In this document: piece by piece, positions 37,828-45,416 of the stretch
Numbering within the stretch: position 1 is the stretch's first letter
Layout: each line of letters begins with the position of its first letter
NCBI GenBank assembly: GCA_949948745.1
Contig: CATLHA010000001.1
Location: 17,919-81,918 of the forward strand
DNA length: 64,000 bases
DNA from: an uncultured Bacillales bacterium
GTDB taxonomy: Bacteria; Bacillota_I; Bacilli_A; RF39; UBA660
Direction of reading: 5' to 3'
Position numbers and translations under genes: made by a program
Notes under the pieces: generated by a model
What the model saw: the letters and a program-made list of their open reading frames with translations, nothing else
What the model was told of the DNA's origin: nothing
The model's database searches: none

Positions 37828-39486
37828 TTATATTTTAAAACATCCTCCCCCAATAAATTCTCTTAGAATAGAATCTGTTGGGATGCTTTCTGACGGAATT
37901 GGTAGGAAAACTCTTAAGAAATTAATTAATCTTAAAGCCTCATTATAATATGGAGATTCTGGAGAAACTGAATATAATAATGGTTCTACATACGTCTTTA
38001 AAACACCTAATTCATAAATCATTGCGGTATTATATGTATAATCAGCTACATCTTGATATGGGAAAATATATAGTTCTTCCCCATTTCTTACCTTTTTCCA
38101 TTTTTCTAATGTGTCTTCTACCGAATTTCCTCTTGTTCTGTTGTCTCTGACAATTCTACGAAGAAGTCTATTATCTGTTGTAGATACACGAGTATGATTA
38201 TCTATATTTAATTCCGTTAACGCTGATAAATAAATAGTAATCTTTTCTTCTTTTGGAATATGGGATAATACTTTTGGATTTAAAGCATGGATTCCTTCTA
38301 TTAATAGTAAATCCCCCTCATCTAATTTCATTTTACTTTTGAATTCTTTTTTTCCTAGAATAAAATTATAGGTTGGAACTTCAACCTCTTCTCCCGCAAT
38401 TAATTTTTTAATTGTTTTTTCGAATAAAGTTAGATCTACAGTTTCTAATCTTTCGTAATCTGGATTTCCCTCTTCATCAAGTGGTGTCTCTTCACGATTT
38501 ACAAAGTAATCGTCCATAGAAATCATTTTAGGATTACATCCCAAACTCTTTAGACATAAAACTAATTTATTGGTGGTTGTTGTTTTTCCTGTAGATGATG
38601 GTCCTGATAATAAGACGATTTTTGTCTTATCTTTTCTTAAAGCAATATTCTTTGCTAAATCTAGTAACTTTGCATTTTTTACTAGTTCATCTATTCTGAT
38701 TAAATCTTCAATTTTACTTTCTGATACTCTTCTATTTAAATCTACTACATTTTCTAGATTTAGTAATTTTGCCCATTCTCTAGACTCTTTAAATAAGTTA
38801 TAAATTTTTTCTCTATGTTGATATGGCTTAATTCCATCTTTCATATAAATTGTTGGAAATCTTAAAATAAAGCCATTTTTGTGTAAGTATGTAAGTTCAA
38901 AATGAGATAAACATTTTGTATTGATTGGCATCTGACTATACAAATAATTATAGAATGGTCCTAATTTATAAAGTGTAACATGTGTTGATGGTATATAGGT
39001 CATAATATCTTTTTTTGTCTGATCTCCTATTTTTTCGAAATAATTCATCGCATCAAATCTTGTTACTGTAACTTTAGTAATTGGCAAATCATCTTGAACG
39101 ATTTTTCTCATTTCCATTTCTAACTTTTGGATAGATTCCTCTGTAATTCTTCTACTTGTTTCAATATATAATCCCTTATCTAGTGAATGGTTTACTTTGA
39201 TTTCAATTTGATTTCCAAATAACTTTTTAGTTGCGTAGATTACCAAATAAATTAACCCATTTAAAAATACTTGATTGGCACCTTTTTCAGTCAAATCAAA
39301 AAATTCTACTACACAATCTCTCGTTATTACTTTGGTTAGTTCTTCATAAATTCCATTTACTTTGGCCAAAATAATCTCGTATTTAAAATCATTCTGATAT
39401 AATTTTGACAATTCTTCTAATGTAGTACCTTTGGTAACCTCTAATGTATTTCCATTAACTGTTACTTTTACACTATCCATATTCAT
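37828..39486 (-). CDS. uridine-kinase/PRK-family P-loop kinase with N-terminal TGS / ThrRS-like domains
   Basis: 552 aa. N-terminal beta-grasp-like VTVNGNTLEVTKGTTLEEL, P-loop LLSGPSSTGKTTT, and IEGIHALNP. Confidence 0.65.
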   Translation of the reverse strand: MNMDSVKVTVNGNTLEVTKGTTLEELSKLYQNDFKYEIILAKVNGIYEELTKVITRDCVVEFFDLTEKGANQVFLNGLIYLVIYATKKLFGNQIEIKVNHSLDKGLYIETSRRITEESIQKLEMEMRKIVQDDLPITKVTVTRFDAMNYFEKIGDQTKKDIMTYIPSTHVTLYKLGPFYNYLYSQMPINTKCLSHFELTYLHKNGFILRFPTIYMKDGIKPYQHREKIYNLFKESREWAKLLNLENVVDLNRRVSESKIEDLIRIDELVKNAKLLDLAKNIALRKDKTKIVLLSGPSSTGKTTTTNKLVLCLKSLGCNPKMISMDDYFVNREETPLDEEGNPDYERLETVDLTLFEKTIKKLIAGEEVEVPTYNFILGKKEFKSKMKLDEGDLLLIEGIHALNPKVLSHIPKEEKITIYLSALTELNIDNHTRVSTTDNRLLRRIVRDNRTRGNSVEDTLEKWKKVRNGEELYIFPYQDVADYTYNTAMIYELGVLKTYVEPLLYSVSPESPYYNEALRLINFLRVFLPIPSESIPTDSILREFIGGGCFKI

Positions 39487-39626
39487 AAAAATCCACCCTA
39501 TTCTTTTTACTCTAATGCTATTGTATCATATAATTTATTTTTTTATTACTTTTTTATCGGATTTTGTTTTCTTGTTTTCTGTATAAAATTATATGCATAA
39601 ATCTAAAATATTATTAGGTGATAAAC

Positions 39627-40208
39627 ATGAATTTAGTTCCTATGGTTGTCGATAAAGAACAAAACGGTGAACGAAGTTATGATATTTATTCGAAGTTATT
39701 AAAGAATAGAATTATTCTTTTATCTGGAGAAATTACAGATGATACGGCAAATTGTATCATCGCACAAATTTTATATTTGGATTCTATAAACCATGATGAT
39801 ATTAATTTGTATATTAATTCTCCAGGTGGTTCTGTTACTGCTGGTATGGCTATTTACGATACAATGAATTTTGTAAAGAGTGATGTTTCTACGATATGTC
39901 TTGGAATGGCCGCTAGTATGGCTGCATTTTTACTTTCTTCAGGAGAAAAGAAAAAACGTTATATTTTGCCAAATGCTGAGGTTATGATACATCAACCATT
40001 GGGTGGTGCACAAGGTCAAGCAACAGAAATAAAAATTGCGGCAGAACATATTTTAAAACTTAGAAAGAAGTTAAATGATATGCTTGCGAAAAATACAAAT
40101 CAATCAGTTGAAACAATAGAACGAGATACAGAACGAGATAATTTTATGGATAGTGGAGAAGCTTTAGAATATGGATTGGTAGATAAAATCATAGAAAAGG
40201 AGCACTAA
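39627..40208 (+). CDS. clpP: ATP-dependent Clp protease proteolytic subunit
   Basis: Start at the ATG at 39627 (MNLVPMVV) behind AGGTGA. Catalytic GMAASMAA (Ser) and MIHQPLGG (His). Confidence 0.94.
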   Translation: MNLVPMVVDKEQNGERSYDIYSKLLKNRIILLSGEITDDTANCIIAQILYLDSINHDDINLYINSPGGSVTAGMAIYDTMNFVKSDVSTICLGMAASMAAFLLSSGEKKKRYILPNAEVMIHQPLGGAQGQATEIKIAAEHILKLRKKLNDMLAKNTNQSVETIERDTERDNFMDSGEALEYGLVDKIIEKEH

Positions 40209-40223
40209 ACAAAAGTGTTCCTT
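40197..40223. terminator. bidirectional terminator shared by clpP and the convergent 134-aa ORF
   Basis: AAGGAGCACT, loop AAACAAA, AGTGTTCCTT (one G-U pair), with T-rich flanks on both strands. Confidence 0.55.
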
Positions 40224-40236
40224 TTCTATACTCTTT

Positions 40237-40641
40237 TTATTTAAATGTTTTATTAGTAGTTAATCTTGCTTCGCCTTTTTGTTCTGGATGATATATTTTA
40301 TAGATTTGTTCTACATCATATTTACTTAATCCTACCATAAAACTAATTGCTTCTCTTGATAATCCATTTTCCATTAACTTTACTGCTTCATCAATTTTTT
40401 CTCTCATCTCATTTGATAGTCCTACATTTTTTTGATTCATTTTATCAGATGAAGTTGATCTTACAATTTGTAGTTTCTCTGGAATCACTATTCCATTTAC
40501 ATTTAGATTTTCACTAGAGAAACCTGTCTCTCCTTCTACTGCTGATAATGAAATATCCGTCATGCCATTAGGAATTTCTATTTTCTCTAGATTTGTGTAA
40601 TCAACAAATGGTTCTAGTAATAAATCTGCAATTTCTTCCAT
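40237..40641 (-). CDS. hypothetical protein with HTH-like C-terminus (possibly the 3' part of a frameshifted gene)
   Basis: 134-aa ORF whose C-terminal LSREAISFMVGLSKYDVEQIYKIY resembles a helix-turn-helix. The reading frame stays open and protein-like for 23 codons upstream of the ATG. Confidence 0.45.
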   Translation of the reverse strand: MEEIADLLLEPFVDYTNLEKIEIPNGMTDISLSAVEGETGFSSENLNVNGIVIPEKLQIVRSTSSDKMNQKNVGLSNEMREKIDEAVKLMENGLSREAISFMVGLSKYDVEQIYKIYHPEQKGEARLTTNKTFK

Positions 40642-40804
40642 AATTTCTCTATTTTCCCCTTTTGCTTCTTCGATTTTTTTCGCATAGAATTTTTCATTCC
40701 TACTAAAAATCTATTTTTATAATCTTTACTCAAAGATTGTTTGTCCATTTCTTCCTTTTGTTTTTTCACTAAATTTATTTTTTCTTCTATTAAATCTTTG
40801 AAAC

Positions 40805-40918
40805 CTATTCACCCATTTCAATAATAAATGAAACGTCTATATCCATAATGTTATCGATATATTGTTCTCCTTCTTGTAATCCCTTAAAACTTTCTTGATA
40901 ATTTTCTATTTTTTTCAT
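40805..40918 (-). CDS. 37-aa small ORF downstream of the Fic-like gene (possibly the 5' part of a frameshifted gene)
   Basis: Hand translation gives MKKIENYQESFKGLQEGEQYIDNIMDIDVSFIIEMGE. GGGGGAAA RBS. Confidence 0.35.
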   Translation of the reverse strand: MKKIENYQESFKGLQEGEQYIDNIMDIDVSFIIEMGE

Positions 40919-40940
40919 ACTATTTCCCCCTATAAATTTT

Positions 40941-41852
40941 TTATTTTAGCTTTTTATATTTTTCTAATTTGCTATCCATATAATATGTTTGATCTTCTAT
41001 ACGATTTAAGTTGAAATTAATCCAATTATTCCAAGTTTCTTCATTTGGTTCGATTGCAATATCTCCTAATTTGTTACGATATTGTTCTCTGTATTGTTTA
41101 TAAGCACGACTACTATATAATACTGGACTTGGTAAATCTACTTTCATATTTCTCTTAGTTAATTCATATACTTTTGCATTTTGTAGGATACGACCACATC
41201 TAGTATTTCCGTCATCAAACATTTGTAATGCTCCTGTTAGTCCATGAATCATAACTGGTTTAATTAAAGTATATTGATTATGAAAATTACTATTGTAGTA
41301 TAATGTTAAATTCATAATTCCTTGTTCAATATTATGATAGTCTAAAGCAAAATAATGAACTTTAGTTTCCCCATAACCACTTTTAGAAACATAAGTTGTG
41401 TTACTTGTTCGATATTCCTTATCCGCATATATTGCGCTTGGTGTTCCTTCTAAGATTTTTTGATGTGTCGTTATAACTTTTTCACGTGTTAAATCAGTAG
41501 TTGGGTATTTTTGTGAAGTTAATAGGTAATCTAGTGCACTTAATTTATGTTGCTCTAGATAAATTTTCATTAAATATGAATCCTCTGATTCTAATAATTG
41601 AGTATCTAAGATTTCCATCTTTTTGATGGCTGTTAAATAATTTTTTAGTTCTGTCTGCCTCATTGAAAGAACGTGATCAAGGTATACTCTATATTTTTCA
41701 ATTGCTTCTTGTTCATGTTCTAATGTATAATCATTTAGTTTTAAGTCTGCTACCGTTTCAAATATGTTAAGGTTTACTATTGGATAAAGCCCACTATTTC
41801 TCATGTCTTCATATTTGTTTATTGTTTCTCCTTCTGACCTTTTTGTTTCCAT
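40941..41852 (-). CDS. Fic/DOC-family-like protein with non-canonical active-site motif
   Basis: 303 aa. FDDGNTRCGR matches the F-x-[DE]-G-N-x-R-x-x-R part of the Fic motif, but H-P-F reads Q-M-F. The nearest His is 9 residues upstream (MIHGLTGALQMF). Confidence 0.55.
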   Translation of the reverse strand: METKRSEGETINKYEDMRNSGLYPIVNLNIFETVADLKLNDYTLEHEQEAIEKYRVYLDHVLSMRQTELKNYLTAIKKMEILDTQLLESEDSYLMKIYLEQHKLSALDYLLTSQKYPTTDLTREKVITTHQKILEGTPSAIYADKEYRTSNTTYVSKSGYGETKVHYFALDYHNIEQGIMNLTLYYNSNFHNQYTLIKPVMIHGLTGALQMFDDGNTRCGRILQNAKVYELTKRNMKVDLPSPVLYSSRAYKQYREQYRNKLGDIAIEPNEETWNNWINFNLNRIEDQTYYMDSKLEKYKKLK

Positions 41853-41877
41853 AATTCCACCTCTTTATTTGTTGCAC

Positions 41878-41906
41878 ATTATACCACATTTTTTACGTTT
41901 TGTCAA
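41878..41906 (-). promoter_or_regulatory. consensus sigma-A promoter of the Fic-like gene
   Basis: The minus strand reads TTGACA (41901-41906), a 17-nt spacer ending in TGG (extended -10), then TATAAT (41878-41883). Confidence 0.65.
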
Positions 41907-41967
41907 AATATTCTTTTGATAGGATAGTGTTTCCAAAGTGGGGAGATTTATAAAATCAATTATATAA

Positions 41968-42004
41968 AAAGATTTGTATACATCCTCTACATATACAAAT
42001 CTTT
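41968..42004 (-). terminator. intrinsic terminator after whiA
   Basis: 13-bp stem AAAGATTTGTATA/TATACAAATCTTT with an 11-nt loop, followed by a U-run on the minus strand. Confidence 0.65.
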
Positions 42005-42018
42005 CCCAGAATTCTATT

Positions 42019-42954
42019 CTAATTATCTTGTTCCTTCATCTTATTAACTAGTTCTTTAATCTTTCTAAAACGATGATTTAATCCTGATTTCGTAATTGTT
42101 TTTCCTGTTTCATAACTAATAATTTCGCTTAATTCTACTAGGGAAGCTTCTGGATACTTTTCACGATATTCAATTACTTCTTTGGTTTTATCATCTAAAA
42201 GTTCTACTCCTAGATTTTCTTTTAAATATTCAATATCTTCTAATTGTTTGGTTGCAGTACCAACAATTTTATCGATATTTGCCTGTTCACAATTGTTCAG
42301 TCTGTTTGTCATGTTCTTATGATCTCTATATATTCTGATATCTTCATAATATAATACCGCATTAAAAGCCTGAATTAGTCGTAAGAAATCTCCTATTTTT
42401 TCTGCCTCTTTGATATAAACCATATATCCTTTTTCTCGATTTAAAACTTTACTGTTTAAATAAAATTCATTTAATAGTGATTGAATAAAGTAAGCTTCTT
42501 CCTTTTCATCTATAATCATTTCTAGGTGATATCTAGATGTTTTTGGATCATTCACGCTTCCTTTTGCAAGAAAAACACCACGTAAATAAGCTCTTTTTTC
42601 TTCTTCTGAATCAACAATATATGATTTTGGTACTTTTAAATATTCCCCTTCTTCCGATAAAACTGATAAATCCTTTAAAATTAAATTTGTCTTTTCATCA
42701 ATCATGACTAAGTATAAATTATTTTTACTAAAATTGTTTCCTTTTCTTGTTTCTATTTCACAGGTAATATCATATAAATCCTTAAATAATTTATAGATTC
42801 TTTTTACTACCGTTGCATTTTCTGAAATTAAGTCTATTGTATCTTCTGTATAACTTCCATTACTCCTTAAAAATCCAGATAATTCTGCGATACTTTCTGA
42901 TTTTGGACTTTCAATTCTAGAGATTTCTTCTTTAATTGTTGTTGTAAATGACAT
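42019..42954 (-). CDS. whiA: DNA-binding protein WhiA
   Basis: 311 aa with N-terminus MSFTTTIKEEIS, a LAGLIDADG-like region YLRGVFLAKGS, and a C-terminal HTH. It follows yvcK, as is usual. Confidence 0.88.
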   Translation of the reverse strand: MSFTTTIKEEISRIESPKSESIAELSGFLRSNGSYTEDTIDLISENATVVKRIYKLFKDLYDITCEIETRKGNNFSKNNLYLVMIDEKTNLILKDLSVLSEEGEYLKVPKSYIVDSEEEKRAYLRGVFLAKGSVNDPKTSRYHLEMIIDEKEEAYFIQSLLNEFYLNSKVLNREKGYMVYIKEAEKIGDFLRLIQAFNAVLYYEDIRIYRDHKNMTNRLNNCEQANIDKIVGTATKQLEDIEYLKENLGVELLDDKTKEVIEYREKYPEASLVELSEIISYETGKTITKSGLNHRFRKIKELVNKMKEQDN

Positions 42955-42958
42955 AGAA

Positions 42959-43903
42959 TCACCTCATTAAATATGAGAAAATAATTGAACTAACTTTTAA
43001 TCCGTTATGCTTAATGGTACCATCTTCTAAAGTAATTAAATCATCCTCTATTAATTCTATTTTCTGTTTTTCTAAATTTTTCTTATCTATTAAAACTAGT
43101 TCTTTTTGTTCTTTTTCATATTTTTTAATCATTTCTTCTGAAATTTCTTTGTTATTTGCGATAACAATATTAATTTTTCTTTTTCCTAAATATTTATTTA
43201 ACACTGATACGTATTCACTTACCTTATTACTTTCAGTTTCTCCAGGTTGATTCATAATATTACATAAATACATAATTGGTGCTTTTGATTTATCTATGGT
43301 TTTTATGATATCTTTGCAAATTAAATGTGGCATAATGCTTGTATATAAACTACCCATACTTAAAATGATTAAATCGGCCTCTTCAATTGCATTTTTAGTT
43401 TCTTCTAGAATATGAGGTGTTTCTTTATAATAAATTTTTTCAAACTTTTTATAAGATTTCATAATCTGTGCTTGACCTGTAATTACTTCTTTATCTGTAG
43501 TCCTTGCCATTAATGTTAGATAATCTTCTGATAATGGAAGTACTTTATGTTTAATGTCTAATAATTTACTTAAGTATTCGATGCTTGTTTTTAGTGAATT
43601 ATTTTGATTTTGTAGCCCAGTCAAGATTAAATTGCCAATAGGATGCCCATTTAAATCACTATAGGTATCAAATCGGTACTCCATAATACTTTTTATTTCA
43701 TCTGGTAAAGGAGAGAGATTTGTTAATACTTTTCTAATGTCTCCAACAGCTGGAGTTAGAAATTCTTCTCTTAGTTTTCCTGTTGATTTTCCATTATCAG
43801 AAACTGTAATAATCGCTGTGATTTCTACTGGAAAGTCTTTTAGTCCTCTTAATAGATGACTCATTCCAGTCCCTCCACCTAGTACTACAATTTTCTTTTT
43901 CAT
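42959..43903 (-). CDS. yvcK: YvcK-family gluconeogenesis factor (UPF0052/CofD-like)
   Basis: 314 aa, VVLGGGTGMSHLLRGLK, TVSDNGKSTGKLR. Confidence 0.88.
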   Translation of the reverse strand: MKKKIVVLGGGTGMSHLLRGLKDFPVEITAIITVSDNGKSTGKLREEFLTPAVGDIRKVLTNLSPLPDEIKSIMEYRFDTYSDLNGHPIGNLILTGLQNQNNSLKTSIEYLSKLLDIKHKVLPLSEDYLTLMARTTDKEVITGQAQIMKSYKKFEKIYYKETPHILEETKNAIEEADLIILSMGSLYTSIMPHLICKDIIKTIDKSKAPIMYLCNIMNQPGETESNKVSEYVSVLNKYLGKRKINIVIANNKEISEEMIKKYEKEQKELVLIDKKNLEKQKIELIEDDLITLEDGTIKHNGLKVSSIIFSYLMR

Positions 43904-44024
43904 AAGAATCGCCTTCTTCTCTTACTTCTTTATATATATTTTTATTTTGTATTAGTATACCACAGATATCAATATTTTTCTTAAAAAGCATTTCTTTATT
44001 TTATTTTATTTCATAGAAAAAGTT

Positions 44025-44762
44025 CTAGAAACCTCTAGAACTTCCTCCTCCACCAGAAAATCCACCGCCTCCAGAGAATCCTCCACTAGAAAATCCGCCT
44101 CTACTAGAAGAGCCTCCTCTATAAGATCTTCCACCATAATAGAAACCTCCAGGTCCCCTACCATTTTTAATAAACCCTATTACAATGATAATAATTCCAA
44201 CATACATAACTATCGCTACAATTTCTATGATTTGAGAAGTATCCTCCTCTATTGGTTCATCAATATCTTCTGTGTATCCATAAAATGTAGCTACTTCTTT
44301 ATAGAATGCTTTATATCCATTTAACATTCCTTCATCAAAGTTATCTTCTTTAAAATACGGAATCATGTATGTATCCTGAAATCTACCAGTTTTAGCATCA
44401 GGTAGAACTCCTTCTAATCCATATCCTACTTCTATTCTACTTTGTCTTTCCTCTAGGGAAACTAGTAATAATAATCCATTATTTTCTTTTTTATCCCCGA
44501 TACCAAAAGACCTGAATAAATCTGTTGCATAAGATTCTAAATCTCTTCCCTCTAAATTTTTTACCGTAACAACTACGATTTGTGCTTTGGTTTGTTTGTG
44601 TAAGGCACTACTTTTTTGGACTATATAGTTTTCTGTTTCTTCCGATAGTATATCTGCATAATCATTTACATAAAACTCTTTGGTTGGTTTAACTAAAGCA
44701 AGTACAGTTGTTGGTAATAAGAGAAAAGAAACTAGCAAATAAATAATTAGTTTCTTTTTCAT
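44025..44762 (-). CDS. TPM-domain protein with Gly-rich C-terminal tail
   Basis: N-terminal signal/TM, TPM-like core (VNDYADILS), a second TM, and the tail GGFSSGGFSGGGGFSGGGGSS. Paired with lemA. Confidence 0.7.
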   Translation of the reverse strand: MKKKLIIYLLVSFLLLPTTVLALVKPTKEFYVNDYADILSEETENYIVQKSSALHKQTKAQIVVVTVKNLEGRDLESYATDLFRSFGIGDKKENNGLLLLVSLEERQSRIEVGYGLEGVLPDAKTGRFQDTYMIPYFKEDNFDEGMLNGYKAFYKEVATFYGYTEDIDEPIEEDTSQIIEIVAIVMYVGIIIIVIGFIKNGRGPGGFYYGGRSYRGGSSSRGGFSSGGFSGGGGFSGGGGSSRGF

Positions 44763-44764
44763 AA

Positions 44765-45328
44765 TTAAAATTCAACGTTAGGAACTTGAGCAGAACCCTC
44801 TTTTGCCTCAAAATATTCTTTTTGTTCAAATCCAAACATACTAGCAAAAATATTCATTGGGAATTTCTTAACTGCTGTATTATATTCTTTTACAGCATCA
44901 TTATAGTCTTTTCTAGCTACTGCAATTCTATTTTCTGTTCCTGCTAGTTCATCTGATAATTGAATAAAGTTTTCACTAGATTTTAAATCTGGATAGTTTT
45001 CTACCACTACCATTAAAGCTTGTAATGAATTTGTTAATTCATCATTTGCCTTTGACATTTCATCGATATCTTTTGCGGAAAGCAAATTCTTTCTTGCTGT
45101 TGTGATTTTATCGATAATCTCTGTTTCATGCGTTGTATACCCTTTGACTGTACTTACTAAATTTGGTATCAAGTCTGCTCTTCTTTCTAACATTATTGAT
45201 ATATTAGAATATTCTGTATCTACATGTTCTTTTTTTGTTACTAATGAATTGTAACTTCCTCCTACTAGAGATATTAATACTATGATAACAGCTAATATTC
45301 CTACAATAATTCCTGCTTGTTTTGACAT
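44765..45328 (-). CDS. lemA: LemA family protein
   Basis: 187 aa with an N-terminal TM and a LemA-like core (YNSLV, RRADLIPNLV, ENYPDLK). Confidence 0.8.
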   Translation of the reverse strand: MSKQAGIIVGILAVIIVLISLVGGSYNSLVTKKEHVDTEYSNISIMLERRADLIPNLVSTVKGYTTHETEIIDKITTARKNLLSAKDIDEMSKANDELTNSLQALMVVVENYPDLKSSENFIQLSDELAGTENRIAVARKDYNDAVKEYNTAVKKFPMNIFASMFGFEQKEYFEAKEGSAQVPNVEF

Positions 45329-45416
45329 TTTCTCACCCTTTCTTTATTTTATTATAATATAGATGATTCACATAAAATATGTTTTAATTATGTTATTTTG
45401 CCTGTTTACATAAATT

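Noticed and set aside
40800-40812. Programmed -1 ribosomal frameshift joining the 37-aa ORF to the next frame.
   Set aside because: There is no slippery X-XXY-YYZ heptamer and no downstream stimulatory structure at the junction. A simple 1-nt indel, either a mutation or a sequencing error, is more parsimonious.
43797-43991. 64-aa ORF overlapping the yvcK start.
   Set aside because: It is an alternative frame across the yvcK N-terminus and promoter region, with no RBS.
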